A DNA stretch of 64,000 nt from Candidatus Iainarchaeum sp. (GCA_016187745.1 JACPJC010000006.1:1-64000); one strand, 5' to 3'. Positions 42,525 to 52,594 are shown, numbered from the stretch's first letter. Program-made: numbers and translations. Notes: generated by a model from the sequence alone, not told the origin.

Positions 42525-43346
42525 ATGAAAGAGGCTAACGTATTTTCAGTTTCTGGGGAAATGGCGCATTCCATAAAGCTGCCCGAGGTATTCAATGAGC
42601 CCTACCACCCTGAGCTTATAAAGCGCGCGGCGCTTTCCGCTATTTCAGCAAGATTCCAGCCCAAGGGGACATACCCCGATGCGGGAAGGGAAGTTGTTAC
42701 TGAATACAGGAGTCTGCGCTCTCTCCCTGCAATGGAGCGCACTATGAATGTTGACAAGGCGCGCAAGCCCAGGACAAAACACAGGCGCGGGCTGCTTGCG
42801 GGAGATGTTGCAGCAATCCCGGGAGTTGTTGGAGGCCCAAAATCACACCCCCCTAAGGCGATTAAAACACTCCATGAGAGGATAAATGAGAAGGAGAGAA
42901 GGCTTGCAATAAAAAGCGCCATTGCCGCATCATGCGACAGGAAGCTTGTAATTGCGCACGGCCATAAGATTTCCGAAGGGATTGAGCTCCCGATAATTAT
43001 TGAGAAGGGGATTGAGAAGCTGAAGAAAACAAATGAAGTGTGCAAAATGCTCAAGGCGCTTAAATTATGGCAGGATGTGGAGCGCGCGAAAAAGAAGAAG
43101 CTGCGCTCAGGCAAGGCAAAAAGGCGCGGAAGGAAATACGCAAGAAGGAAAAGCGCGCTCATTGTTGTTTCTGGCAGCAGGGAAGGAATTTACAGGGCCG
43201 CAAGGAACATCCCTGGAATTGATGTGATTGAGCTGCGCAATTTGAATGCGGAAGTTCTTGCTCCGGGCGCAAAGGCCGGAAGGCTTGTGATATGGTCCGA
43301 GAATGCAGTAAACGAACTTTCAGAAAAAGAAAAGGTAAGTGCTTAA
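42525..43346 (+). CDS. rpl4: 50S ribosomal protein L4
   Basis: LP.VF, HPP, IN.KE...A..SA, N.PG.D, LAPG...GRL. Confidence 0.95.
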   Translation: MKEANVFSVSGEMAHSIKLPEVFNEPYHPELIKRAALSAISARFQPKGTYPDAGREVVTEYRSLRSLPAMERTMNVDKARKPRTKHRRGLLAGDVAAIPGVVGGPKSHPPKAIKTLHERINEKERRLAIKSAIAASCDRKLVIAHGHKISEGIELPIIIEKGIEKLKKTNEVCKMLKALKLWQDVERAKKKKLRSGKAKRRGRKYARRKSALIVVSGSREGIYRAARNIPGIDVIELRNLNAEVLAPGAKAGRLVIWSENAVNELSEKEKVSA

Positions 43347-43347
43347 A

Positions 43348-43782
43348 ATGGCTGAAAAGAAAATCGCAAAGAAAGGGAAGGATGCTGAAAAGCAGAAGCC
43401 TGCGATTGCCAAGGCCGGGAAAAAGACAGCGGGGGAAAAGGCGGAAAAAAAAATTGAAAATGAAGCTGCGCAGAAGGAAAAGGCGCCGGAAAAACGCAGT
43501 TTTTCTGATATTGAGAAGGAGCTTAAGAATTTTGAAATAATTAAGTTCGCGCTCATAAGCGAGAAGGCAGTGAACATGATTGAAAGGGAAAACAAGCTGA
43601 CATTCATAGTGAACCAGAGTGCGGACAAGCCCTCAATAAAAAGGGCGATTGAGGAGATGCACAAGGTGAAGGTAGATTCCGTGAAGGTAATAAGGGACAG
43701 GAAAGGCAGAAAGAAGGCGATTGTAAAAATAGGAAAGGGCTTCAAGGCAAGCGATGTTGCAACAAGGCTGGGTGTGATATAG
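43348..43782 (+). CDS. rpl23: 50S ribosomal protein L23 (Lys-rich N-terminal extension)
   Basis: SEKA...IE.ENKL.F.V, KKA.V, A..LG.I. Confidence 0.93.
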   Translation: MAEKKIAKKGKDAEKQKPAIAKAGKKTAGEKAEKKIENEAAQKEKAPEKRSFSDIEKELKNFEIIKFALISEKAVNMIERENKLTFIVNQSADKPSIKRAIEEMHKVKVDSVKVIRDRKGRKKAIVKIGKGFKASDVATRLGVI

Positions 43783-43783
43783 C

Positions 43784-44503
43784 ATGGGAAAGAGACTTAA
43801 ACAGCAGCGCAGGGGAAAGGGCAGCCCGATGTTCATAGCAAGGCACGGCATTGCTGATGTCGAATATCTGCCAATAACTCCGGAACAGAATGAGGGAACG
43901 CTCAGGGGTAAGGTTGTTGATTTGGTTCCTGATAAAGTCAGGAGCGCTGTGCTTGCGGATATTTTGTTTGAGAACGGGCTGCGCTCATATATGATTGCGC
44001 CGGAAGGGATGTTTGTGGGGCAGGAACTTCATTACGGCAGGAAAGCGCCATTGGAAATAGGGAACGTACTGCCATTGAATGAGATTGCGGAGGGCTGCCC
44101 GATATTCAATATAGAAAAGCGCCCTGGAGATGGGGGGTGTTATATTAAAACTTCCGGTATTTATGGATATATTGTAACAAAGGAGCCTGGAAGGGTTTAT
44201 GTAAAGCTGCCGAGCGGAAAAACGGTTGAGATTTCCCCGGAATCGCGCGCCACAATAGGGAATATTTCCGCGGGGGGAAGGACTGAAAAGCCCATGCTCA
44301 AGGCAGGAACGCATTATCATGCGATGCACGCAAAGGGCTACCATTACCCCGGGGTAAGGGGCGTTGCAATGAATCCTGTTGACCATCCGTTTGGGGGCGC
44401 GCAGCACCATGCGGGAAAATCCAAGAGCGTTTCAAGGCATGCCGCTCCAGGGCAGAAGGTTGGGGCAATAGCAAGCAAGCGCACAGGGAGAACAAAGAGG
44501 TAG
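43784..44503 (+). CDS. rpl2: 50S ribosomal protein L2
   Basis: MGKR...QRRG.G, VRGVAMNPVDHPFGG. Confidence 0.97.
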   Translation: MGKRLKQQRRGKGSPMFIARHGIADVEYLPITPEQNEGTLRGKVVDLVPDKVRSAVLADILFENGLRSYMIAPEGMFVGQELHYGRKAPLEIGNVLPLNEIAEGCPIFNIEKRPGDGGCYIKTSGIYGYIVTKEPGRVYVKLPSGKTVEISPESRATIGNISAGGRTEKPMLKAGTHYHAMHAKGYHYPGVRGVAMNPVDHPFGGAQHHAGKSKSVSRHAAPGQKVGAIASKRTGRTKR

Positions 44504-44509
44504 AGGCAA

Positions 44510-44917
44510 ATGGTAAAAAAGGATTTTGCATTCCGCGGGCATCCTATTGAGGAACTGCTAAAGCTTTCTGACAAGGACTTTTCCAAGCTCATATGCTCAA
44601 GGTCCCGCAGGACTCTGTTGCGCAGCGGAATGGACAAGAAGATTGAGAAGAAAATCGAGAAGGCGCATGCGCTCTTGCAGCAGGGAAGGGAGGCAAAGCC
44701 CATCCGCACGCATCTGCGCAACATAATTGTTGTGCCGAGGATGGTCGGATTGAGGTTTGCAGTGCACAGGGGAAACACATTTGAGATTATAGGGATCATG
44801 CCGGAGATGCTCGGGCATTTCCTCGGGGAATTTGCGCTTACAAGGAAGAAGATGATGCACGGGAGAGCGGGAATCGGCGCGACAAAATCATCAACCGCGA
44901 TAACCGCAAGAGGATAA
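44510..44917 (+). CDS. rps19: 30S ribosomal protein S19
   Basis: IRTH.R..I..P.MVG, M.GH.LGEF..TR. Confidence 0.96.
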   Translation: MVKKDFAFRGHPIEELLKLSDKDFSKLICSRSRRTLLRSGMDKKIEKKIEKAHALLQQGREAKPIRTHLRNIIVVPRMVGLRFAVHRGNTFEIIGIMPEMLGHFLGEFALTRKKMMHGRAGIGATKSSTAITARG

Positions 44918-44929
44918 AGGGGAAGGAAA

Positions 44930-45406
44930 ATGGTAAAAAGGGATTATAATTTTGATTTTTCCGCCGTAAATCCGAAAAGGAGCGCGAGGGCAATACTGGC
45001 AAACCAGCCGGTTTCGCTGAAATATTCCGTTGAGCTTTGCAGGGAACTGAAGGGAAAAAGCACGAAGAACGCGGAGGCCTTCCTCAATGACCTGAAGGAA
45101 ATGCGCGCGTTTTTGCCATTGAGGAAATACCGCAAGAAGGTTCCGCATCGCGCCGGGGAGCCTAAAAGCAAGGCAAAGGCCGGGCGCTATCCCATAAAGG
45201 CTGCGGCGAAATTCCTGGATCTGCTGAAGCTTGTGAAGGCAAATGCGGATGTTAAAGGATTGGATGCGGGAAAGCTGCGAATAGTGCACCTGTTCGCTTC
45301 CCAGGGCTTTCACAGGAGAGGCATGCAGGCGCAGGGAAGAATCTCCGGAAAACAGCGCAAGAGAAAATCAACGCACCTTGAAATAGTCGTGCAAGAGGCG
45401 GGATAA
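44930..45406 (+). CDS. rpl22: 50S ribosomal protein L22
   Basis: S.K.S.E.C, GRYP.KA, NA..KGLD. Confidence 0.95.
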   Translation: MVKRDYNFDFSAVNPKRSARAILANQPVSLKYSVELCRELKGKSTKNAEAFLNDLKEMRAFLPLRKYRKKVPHRAGEPKSKAKAGRYPIKAAAKFLDLLKLVKANADVKGLDAGKLRIVHLFASQGFHRRGMQAQGRISGKQRKRKSTHLEIVVQEAG

Positions 45407-46152
45407 TGATAGAAAAGGCATTCATCAGGCAGGGGATAAAGAATGTGCAGCTTGAGGATTACATGAGGAAGCAGCTTAAAAGCGCGGGATTCACGCGCCT
45501 TGAGATTGTCAAAACGCCTTTAGTAACGAGGATTGTTGTGAATGTGACAAATCCCGGGCTTGCGATAGGGAAGGGCGGGCAGAACATAAGGACGCTTACA
45601 AAGGAGCTTGGGGAAAAATTCGGGATTGATAATCCGCAATTGGAAATAAAGGAGATTGAAAAGCCGCAGCTTGACGCGCAGGCGATGTCGGATTTGCTTT
45701 CAAGCCTTATTGAAAGGGGATTCTCATGGAGGAGCGTTGCATTCAAGATTGTAAGGGATATAATGAACGCGGGCGCATTGGGAGTGGAAATAATAATTTC
45801 CGGAAAGCTCGGGGGGAAGGGCGCAAGGAAGAAAAAGCAGAGGATTGCGCTCGGATACATGAAGAAGGCGGGGGAGCAGACAAGGCTTGTTGATGCGGGA
45901 ATGAAGACTTCTTACCCGAAGCAGGGCGCAATAGGAATAAAGGTAAAAATAATAAGGCCTGATGTGATGTTCCCGGATAAAATAAGGATAAGGGACGTAA
46001 TAGCGAAGAAAAGGGCGGATGAGGAAAAGGAGAATGAGAGAATCGCAAAAAGCGCGGAAGACGCTGAAAAGGCGCAGGCAAAGGAAGCCCCTGTTGCTGA
46101 AGAGGCTGCTGTGAAGGGAGAGGCTGCAGTTAAAATAGAGGAAGGCAAGTGA
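45406..46152 (+). CDS. rps3: 30S ribosomal protein S3
   Basis: PG..IG.GG..I, GA.G.E..ISGKL. Confidence 0.96.
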   Translation: MIEKAFIRQGIKNVQLEDYMRKQLKSAGFTRLEIVKTPLVTRIVVNVTNPGLAIGKGGQNIRTLTKELGEKFGIDNPQLEIKEIEKPQLDAQAMSDLLSSLIERGFSWRSVAFKIVRDIMNAGALGVEIIISGKLGGKGARKKKQRIALGYMKKAGEQTRLVDAGMKTSYPKQGAIGIKVKIIRPDVMFPDKIRIRDVIAKKRADEEKENERIAKSAEDAEKAQAKEAPVAEEAAVKGEAAVKIEEGK

Positions 46153-46153
46153 A

Positions 46154-46390
46154 ATGGCGCTTAAGATAAGGCAGATAAGGGAAATGGCGGTTCAGGAGGC
46201 AGAGGAGAAGCTGCTTGAGATGCGCGCTGACCTTGCGAAGGAGAAGGCGCTTGTGGCAAGCCACACGAAGCAGGAAAACCCGGGGAAGATAAGGGCGCTG
46301 CGCAGGGCCGTTGCAAAAATACTGACAATTGTCAATGAGAAGAAGAATTCAGGCGATAAAAAAATAAAAAACAGGGGGAAAAGCGAATAA
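46154..46390 (+). CDS. rpl29: 50S ribosomal protein L29
   Basis: NPGKIR..RR.VA..LT. Confidence 0.93.
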   Translation: MALKIRQIREMAVQEAEEKLLEMRADLAKEKALVASHTKQENPGKIRALRRAVAKILTIVNEKKNSGDKKIKNRGKSE

Positions 46391-46695
46391 TGGAAGAAGT
46401 CTGCCAGATATGCGGATTGCCTAAAAACATCTGCGTATGCACGCAAATAACAAAGGAAGCGCAGAAAATCAAGGTAAGTGCGGTAAAGCGCGCATTCGGA
46501 AAGATAATAACGACAATATCCGGAATTGATGATGTGCAGACCGCAAAGGAGCTTGAAAAAATAATGAAAAGGAAGCTTGCGTGCGGCGGAACAACGAAGG
46601 GAAAGACAATAGAGCTTCAGGGGAATCATAAAAGGAAAATAAAGGAAATACTGGTGGAACAGGGATACAAGGGGGAATCAATAGATGACAATTAA
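46390..46695 (+). CDS. Translation initiation factor aIF-1/SUI1
   Basis: C.ICGLP...C.C, K.KLACGGT.K...IELQG.H. Confidence 0.95.
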   Translation: MEEVCQICGLPKNICVCTQITKEAQKIKVSAVKRAFGKIITTISGIDDVQTAKELEKIMKRKLACGGTTKGKTIELQGNHKRKIKEILVEQGYKGESIDDN

Positions 46696-46987
46696 ATATT
46701 TGATAAATGGGTCGAACCTTCCGGCGCACGAGCTCATAGGGCTGGATGCGAAAGTGGTAAAAAGCGCGGATGTGAACAAGGTGGGGCTTTCAGGAAGGAT
46801 TGTGGATGAGACAAGGAACATGTTTGAGATTGAGAAAAGGGGAAAAACAATGAGGATTCCGAAGCGCGAGGTTGTTATTGAATTCAGGCTTTCGGGAAAA
46901 AGCCTTGGGAAAATTGAATGCAGCAGGATAATCTGCAGGCCCGAGGACAGGATAAAGAATTATTTCAAAAAGGGCAGGGGCGCATAA
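46685..46987 (+). CDS. rnp1: Ribonuclease P protein component 1 (Rpp29)
   Basis: HELIGL, G.IVDET.N, IPK, RPEDR. Confidence 0.93.
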   Translation: MTIKYLINGSNLPAHELIGLDAKVVKSADVNKVGLSGRIVDETRNMFEIEKRGKTMRIPKREVVIEFRLSGKSLGKIECSRIICRPEDRIKNYFKKGRGA

Positions 46988-46989
46988 AA

Positions 46990-47316
46990 ATGGCTGAAGA
47001 GCAAAAAAAGGAAGTTATCGGAAACGCAGTTTCTGATTGCAAGGATTTGAAATGCCCGGTTCACGGAAGCGTAAAAGTGAGGGGCAATATGTTTGAAGGA
47101 ATTGCAATAAGGGCAAAGGCGCCGAAAACAGTGATTGTTGAGCGCTATCTAATGCAGCATGTGAGGAAATACGAGAGATACAAGAAAGTTAGGTCGAGGA
47201 TTACGGCGCACAAGCCGGACTGCATTCAGGTTGCTATCGGGGATAAAGTGAGGATTGGCGAAACGCGCAAGCTCAGCAAGACAAAGAGCTTTGTGGTTAT
47301 GGAGGTGCTTAAGTAA
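46990..47316 (+). CDS. rps17: 30S ribosomal protein S17
   Basis: C.D.KCP.HG..K.RG, KYERY, ETR.LSKTK. Confidence 0.96.
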   Translation: MAEEQKKEVIGNAVSDCKDLKCPVHGSVKVRGNMFEGIAIRAKAPKTVIVERYLMQHVRKYERYKKVRSRITAHKPDCIQVAIGDKVRIGETRKLSKTKSFVVMEVLK

Positions 47317-47714
47317 TGCGCGCAATAACAGCAAGAAGGGCGAAGAGCCTCCAGCACCGCTCAAACTGCTTTTGCACCGACAATTCGGGGGCAAAGGAAG
47401 TCAGGTTTGTCAGCGTAATAGGGCTGCACACGCGCAAGAAGATGTCCCCGAAGGCGGGAATAGCTGACATGATTACTGTTGTAATAACAAAGGGCAAGCC
47501 GGAAATGCGCAAGAAAGTTGAGCGCGCGATAATTGTAAGGACAAAGAAGGAATTCCGCAGGCCTGACGGGATGAGGGTAAAATTCGAGGACAATGCGGTT
47601 GTGCTCGTTGATGAGAAGGGATTGCCGAAGGCAAGCGAAATAAAGGGCGCAATAGCAAAGGAAGTCGGGGAGCGCTGGCCCAAGATTGCAGGAATTGCCG
47701 CGGCAGTAGTTTAA
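47316..47714 (+). CDS. rpl14: 50S ribosomal protein L14
   Basis: DNSGA, RRPDG...KFEDNA.V. Confidence 0.96.
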   Translation: MRAITARRAKSLQHRSNCFCTDNSGAKEVRFVSVIGLHTRKKMSPKAGIADMITVVITKGKPEMRKKVERAIIVRTKKEFRRPDGMRVKFEDNAVVLVDEKGLPKASEIKGAIAKEVGERWPKIAGIAAAVV

Positions 47715-47733
47715 ATGATTTAAGTGTGATAAA

Positions 47734-48096
47734 ATGGAAAAAACAACAAAGCCCGGAAAGCAGAGAAAAAGGGCATATGGCGCGCCACTGCATGAGCTGC
47801 AGGGCTTCATGCATGCCGCGCTCAGCAGGCAGCTGAGGAAGGAATTGGGGAGAAGGAGCCTCGGGCTGAGAAAGGGCGACAAGGTGAAAATTACAAGCGG
47901 GGCGCACAAAAAAACAGAGGGAAAAATAATTGCGGTTGACAGGAAGAAGGGGCGGATTTTCATTGATTCGCTTAAAAGAAAAAAAGTTTCGGGAAAGGAG
48001 ATTTCAATTCCAATAAGGGCGGGAAATGCTATGCTGATTGAGCTTGAAAAGGGCGATGAGAGAAGGCTGCACGCGAAAAAAAAGGAGAAGAAGTAA
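47734..48096 (+). CDS. rpl24: 50S ribosomal protein L24
   Basis: P.KQRK..Y.APLH, LS..LR, KGD.VK. Confidence 0.95.
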   Translation: MEKTTKPGKQRKRAYGAPLHELQGFMHAALSRQLRKELGRRSLGLRKGDKVKITSGAHKKTEGKIIAVDRKKGRIFIDSLKRKKVSGKEISIPIRAGNAMLIELEKGDERRLHAKKKEKK

Positions 48097-48097
48097 A

Positions 48098-48820
48098 ATG
48101 GCGAGAAAGGGCGCAAATAGGAAGCAGAAAAGGCTTTCCGCAAGCAGGGCGTTGTTTGCGATGAGAAAGACCAGCAAGTGGATAATGTCCACAAAGCCCG
48201 GGGCGCATCCGAAAGGGAATTCCGTCCCGCTCGGGTTTGCACTGAGGGAGCTCCTGAATTATGCCGGAAACGCGAAAGAAATTAAGATGCTGCTGAATTC
48301 AGGGAAGGTGCTTGTTGACGGGAAAGTAAGGAAGGGGCGCAACATGCCGCTGGGGATATTTGATGTTGTGGAGCTTCCGGAAATTGAAAAGCGCTACAGG
48401 GTCTTGTTTGATTCGAAGGGAAGGACAATGCTCAAGGAAATTCCTGCAAAGGGAAAGCTGCAGAAGCTCTGCACTGTTGTGGGAAAGCATGCGACAAAGG
48501 GAAACAAGATGCAGATTGCAACAAATGACGGGAGGAGCATTGCTGCCTCAGGGGCTGATGGGATTTCAGTGCATGATTCGCTGCTTATAGAGCTCCCAAG
48601 CCAGAAGATTGCCGCGAAATTCAGGATGGAAAAGAATTCCCTTGTTTACATAATTTCTGGAAAGCACGTTAATGAGCATGCGAGAATCCTCGATGTTGGG
48701 GAATCAACAATGAAGAGGCCGAAGCTTGTAATGCTTGAGAATGAGAGCGGGGACAAATTCAGCACGCTGGCTGAGAACATATTTGTAATAGGGGCGGAAA
48801 AGCCCGCAATTGAAATGTGA
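48098..48820 (+). CDS. rps4e: 30S ribosomal protein S4e
   Basis: KRL.A, PG.H, L.Y.....E, V.VDGKVR. Confidence 0.95.
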   Translation: MARKGANRKQKRLSASRALFAMRKTSKWIMSTKPGAHPKGNSVPLGFALRELLNYAGNAKEIKMLLNSGKVLVDGKVRKGRNMPLGIFDVVELPEIEKRYRVLFDSKGRTMLKEIPAKGKLQKLCTVVGKHATKGNKMQIATNDGRSIAASGADGISVHDSLLIELPSQKIAAKFRMEKNSLVYIISGKHVNEHARILDVGESTMKRPKLVMLENESGDKFSTLAENIFVIGAEKPAIEM

Positions 48821-48825
48821 TTGAA

Positions 48826-49338
48826 ATGGCAGAGAACAATATGCGCAGTATAAGGGTTGCGAAAATAGTCGTCAACATGGGCGTCGGGCAGACAGGGGAG
48901 GAACTGAAAAAGGCAATGACAATACTTGAGAAAATAACAAATTCGAAGCCGGTTCAGACGCTCTGCAAGATAAAGCAGCCAACATGGAACATAAGGGAAG
49001 GGCTGCCTATTGGGACAAAGGTTACGCTGCGCGGGGAAAAGGCGATTGAGTTTTTGAAAACCGCATTTCTTGCGAAGGAGAAGGCGCTTGAAGCAGGGAA
49101 TTTCGATGAAAGGGGCAATTTCGGCTTCGGGATTGCGGAGCACATTGACATGCCGAATGCAAAGTATGACCCGAAACTCGGAATCAGGGGATTTGATGTC
49201 CTTGTCGCGCTGGAGAGGGCGGGTTACAGGATAAAGAGGAGAAAGCGCGGAAAGCACAGGGTAACAAAAAACCACATCATAGCAAAAAACGAGGCGATTG
49301 AATTCATAAAAAATAATTTCGGGGTTGAGATTAAATGA
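48826..49338 (+). CDS. rpl5: 50S ribosomal protein L5
   Basis: K.VVN.GVG, IG.KVTLR, GN..FGI.EH. Confidence 0.96.
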   Translation: MAENNMRSIRVAKIVVNMGVGQTGEELKKAMTILEKITNSKPVQTLCKIKQPTWNIREGLPIGTKVTLRGEKAIEFLKTAFLAKEKALEAGNFDERGNFGFGIAEHIDMPNAKYDPKLGIRGFDVLVALERAGYRIKRRKRGKHRVTKNHIIAKNEAIEFIKNNFGVEIK

Positions 49339-49487
49339 CTGAAAGAATCAGCATCGGGAAGAAAAACAAGAGGACCTGCAAAATCTGCGGGAATGACAAG
49401 GGCCTGATGCAGAAATATGATATTGGGATATGCAGGCGCTGCTTCAAGGAGCGCGCTGATAAGATGGGTTTCAGGAAATACACTTAA
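49335..49487 (+). CDS. rps14: 30S ribosomal protein S14 type Z (not in ORF track)
   Basis: MTERISIGKKNKRTCKICGNDKGLMQKYDIGICRRCFKERADKMGFRKYT, between L5 and S8. Confidence 0.93.
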   Translation: MTERISIGKKNKRTCKICGNDKGLMQKYDIGICRRCFKERADKMGFRKYT

Positions 49488-49498
49488 GAGGGGAAAAA

Positions 49499-49888
49499 AT
49501 GACTTCGGACCAACTGATGAATGCTCTGATAAGCATAAAGAACCATGACGCAAAGGCGAAGAGGGAATGCATTGTAAGGCCCGCGAGCAGGCTGCTCGGG
49601 GAAGTCCTGCGCCTTCTGCAGAAAAACTCGTACATAGAGGGCTATGAGTTTGTTGATGATGGAAGGAGCGGGGTTTACAGGATTTCGCTGCTCGGAAAAA
49701 TAAACGAGTGCAAGGCTATAAAGCCGAGATATGCGGTAAAAAGGGACGGGTTTGAGAAATATGAGAAGCGCTATCTCCCCGCAAGGGACGTTGGATTGAT
49801 ATTTGTTTCAGCGCCTTCAGGGGTAATAACGCACACAGAGGCGAAAAAGCGCGAAACCGGGGGAAGGCTGCTGGCATATGTTTATTGA
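49499..49888 (+). CDS. rps8: 30S ribosomal protein S8
   Basis: DDGR.G, GKIN.C..IKPR, GG.LLAYVY. Confidence 0.96.
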   Translation: MTSDQLMNALISIKNHDAKAKRECIVRPASRLLGEVLRLLQKNSYIEGYEFVDDGRSGVYRISLLGKINECKAIKPRYAVKRDGFEKYEKRYLPARDVGLIFVSAPSGVITHTEAKKRETGGRLLAYVY

Positions 49889-49906
49889 AGTCATTGAAGT
49901 GAAAAC

Positions 49907-50437
49907 ATGAAAAAATTCGAGAAAATAATTGAACTGCCGGGGGATGTCTCCGCGCAGCTGCAGGGGAAGAGCCTTTCGCTCAAATGCAATAATGCGGAGA
50001 ACAGCAAAAAATTCAAGGCGGCAGGAATAGGGCTTTCGCTCGATGGGAACAGGATCATAATTTCCTCGGACAAGGCCGGAAAGAAAACAGATGCGGTTGC
50101 AAACACGCTTGAGAAGCATATAAAAAACATGATTCAGGGATTAAAGGAAGATTATGAATACAGGCTTTCTGTTGTTTATTCGCATTTCCCGATAAGCGTT
50201 GCGGTGAAGCAGGGCATTGTGGAAGTGAATAACTTCCTCGGGGAGAAGAAGCCGCGCAGGGCAAGGATATTGGGGAAAACAAGGGTTGAAATGAAGGGCG
50301 CGGAAATAACGGTAAGGGGAAACTCCAAGGAAGATGCCGGGCAGACAGCAGCAAACCTCGAGCAGGCAACAAGGGTTTCAGCGCGGGACAGGAGAGTTTT
50401 CCAGGATGGGGTATACATAATCAAAAAGCCGGAATGA
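49907..50437 (+). CDS. rpl6: 50S ribosomal protein L6
   Basis: YSHFP, NFLGEK.PR, GQTAAN.EQ, D.R.FQDG.Y. Confidence 0.96.
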   Translation: MKKFEKIIELPGDVSAQLQGKSLSLKCNNAENSKKFKAAGIGLSLDGNRIIISSDKAGKKTDAVANTLEKHIKNMIQGLKEDYEYRLSVVYSHFPISVAVKQGIVEVNNFLGEKKPRRARILGKTRVEMKGAEITVRGNSKEDAGQTAANLEQATRVSARDRRVFQDGVYIIKKPE

Positions 50438-50441
50438 AAAC

Positions 50442-50834
50442 ATGAAAGAAAATGAAGGAAAAAAGAAAAGGAAGGCGCTTAAGAGGCTGATGAAGGGCAA
50501 GTGCAGGCTCCTGTTCAAGGGAAGGTTCGGAAAGCGCGATGTGAGAAGGAAGAAAAACAAGAAATGGCAGCGCTGGAGAAAGCTGCAGGGAACTGACATG
50601 ATGAAGGAGCAGGAAGACGGGAGAATTCCGGGAACAGGCTACAGGACGCGGAAGGAAATAAGGTTCATGCACCCTTCGGGATTTTATGAGAAAATGATTC
50701 TGAACCTTGCGGACCTGAAGGGAATAAATGCCGAAAATACTGCTGCGAGAATCTCCTCGAAAATCGGGAAGAAAAAGCGCATTGCAATAATTAATGAGGC
50801 GAAAAAGCTCGGCATAAAGCTGCTGAACGCATAA
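50442..50834 (+). CDS. rpl32e: 50S ribosomal protein L32e
   Basis: WRK..G.D, GY, R.MHPSG, A...GI..LN. Confidence 0.92.
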   Translation: MKENEGKKKRKALKRLMKGKCRLLFKGRFGKRDVRRKKNKKWQRWRKLQGTDMMKEQEDGRIPGTGYRTRKEIRFMHPSGFYEKMILNLADLKGINAENTAARISSKIGKKKRIAIINEAKKLGIKLLNA

Positions 50835-50856
50835 GGATGCATAAGGGGAATTCAAA

Positions 50857-51285
50857 ATGGACATAAGGAAAATAAGGAAAATTGCTTCCGAGCTTCTCGG
50901 AAGCGGGGAAACCCGCGTGTGGATTGACCCCGAGAAAACAGCTGAAATTTCAAAATGCATTACCAAGGATGACATAAGGGCGAAAATAAAGGAGGGCGCA
51001 ATAAGGAAAAGGGAGTCCGCATATGCGAGCAGGGGCAGGGCAAGGGCAAGGCACAAGAAGAAAAAATTGGGGAGAAAGCGCGGCTTCGGAAAGAGGAAGG
51101 GCGGAAGGAATGCGCGCTCGGGGCAGAGGAAGTCCTGGATAAGCAACGTCAGGGCGCAGAGGAAAAAAATAAGGGAGCTTAGGGAAAAGGGCGCAATAGA
51201 CCAGAAGAAATACTCAAAGCTCTACAAGATGGTGAAGGGAAATTACTTCAAGGGGAAGAAATACATTGAGGCATTCATAAAATAA
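50857..51285 (+). CDS. rpl19e: 50S ribosomal protein L19e
   Basis: G..RVW.DP, G.RKG, W...VR.QR, Y...KG..F. Confidence 0.95.
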   Translation: MDIRKIRKIASELLGSGETRVWIDPEKTAEISKCITKDDIRAKIKEGAIRKRESAYASRGRARARHKKKKLGRKRGFGKRKGGRNARSGQRKSWISNVRAQRKKIRELREKGAIDQKKYSKLYKMVKGNYFKGKKYIEAFIK

Positions 51286-51296
51286 GGCGGGAAAAA

Positions 51297-51881
51297 ATGA
51301 CAAAGCAATCTATGTTTGAGGGCAAGTTCAGAAGGCGCAGGGAATGCAAGACTGATTACAGGAAAAGGCTTGCGATGGTCAAATCGGGGAAACCCAGGCT
51401 CATTGCGAGGAAGACCGACCGCTACATAATGGCGCAGGTTGTAAATTACGCTCCAAAGGGGGATGTTGTTGCGGCAGGCGCAAATTCAAGGGAGCTTGAG
51501 AAATTCGGCTGGCCGTTCGGGAAGAAGAATTTGAGCGCGGCCTATCTTACAGGAATGCTTGTTGCGCAGAGGGCGAAGGAAAAGGGCATTTCCGAGGCAA
51601 TATTCGACCTCGGCCTGCAGGCCAATGCCCATGGGGCGAGGATTTTTGCAGTCCTCAAGGGGGCGCTTGACGCGGGAATGAAAATTCCGCATGATGCTGA
51701 AGTGATTCCGAAGGCCGAAAGGATAGGCGGGAAGCACGTAGGGGATTATGCGAAAGCACATCCAAACAGCAAGCAGCAGTTTTCGGAGTATGCGAAAAAG
51801 AAGATTTCTGCAGAGAATATTCCTGCTGCATTTGAGAATGCCAAAAAGAGAATTACTGGGAATGGCGGGGAACAAAAATGA
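51297..51881 (+). CDS. rpl18: 50S ribosomal protein L18
   Basis: RRRRE.KTDY..RL, N..AAYLTG, KG..DAG. Confidence 0.96.
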   Translation: MTKQSMFEGKFRRRRECKTDYRKRLAMVKSGKPRLIARKTDRYIMAQVVNYAPKGDVVAAGANSRELEKFGWPFGKKNLSAAYLTGMLVAQRAKEKGISEAIFDLGLQANAHGARIFAVLKGALDAGMKIPHDAEVIPKAERIGGKHVGDYAKAHPNSKQQFSEYAKKKISAENIPAAFENAKKRITGNGGEQK

Positions 51882-52594
51882 GTGCGAAAAAGTTATCAGT
51901 TGAAGAGCCGGAGCTTTCTGCATCCGAAAGGCTGCTGAGGCAGAATGAAGAGGAGCTTCAGAAGAAGCTTGCGGCATGGGCGCCGAAGACCGAGTTGGGA
52001 AGGATGGTGCAGCGCTCCGAAATTACCGAAATGGACCAGATTTTCGAAAACAATTACAAGATACTTGAGCCGGAAATAATTGACTTCATGCTGCCTAACC
52101 TTGAGGAAAAGATTGTTGAATCGACAAAAACAACAAGGGTTAGAAGGGCCGGAAGGCAGTTCTCGTTCAGGACGGCCGTCCTTGTGGGGGACAGGAACGG
52201 CCATATCGGCCTTGGAATCGGAACTGACAGGGAGAGGCTTCCTGCGGTGCAGAAGGCAACGGAGAATGCGAAAATGCATCTGATGAGGATTAACAGGGGC
52301 TGCGGAAGCTGGGAGTGCAGGTGCAGCATGCAGCATTCTGTGCCTTATAAAATAGAGGGGCGATGCGCTTCCGTAAGGATTGTTCTGATGCCCGCGCCAA
52401 AAGGAACCGGGCTTGTTGTGGGGGAAGAAACAAAGGAAGTCCTGGAAACCGCGGGAATAACAGACGTGTGGAGCAGGACAAAGGGAAGCACGGCAACAAA
52501 GCTTAATTTTGTGAAGGCGACAATAAATGCGCTTGCAAACATATCCAAGGTGCATATTTCTGAAAACATGTCAAGAAAGCTGGAAGTGAAATGA
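51878..52594 (+). CDS. rps5: 30S ribosomal protein S5
   Basis: W.PKT.LG, GCGSWEC, PAP.G.GL. Confidence 0.96.
   Translation: MSAKKLSVEEPELSASERLLRQNEEELQKKLAAWAPKTELGRMVQRSEITEMDQIFENNYKILEPEIIDFMLPNLEEKIVESTKTTRVRRAGRQFSFRTAVLVGDRNGHIGLGIGTDRERLPAVQKATENAKMHLMRINRGCGSWECRCSMQHSVPYKIEGRCASVRIVLMPAPKGTGLVVGEETKEVLETAGITDVWSRTKGSTATKLNFVKATINALANISKVHISENMSRKLEVK

Noticed and set aside
49884-50837. 8-bp micro-duplications at rps8 (attgaagt) and rpl32e (gcataagg) stops
   Set aside because: Consistent with the gene-end duplication theme but too short to distinguish from chance or slippage
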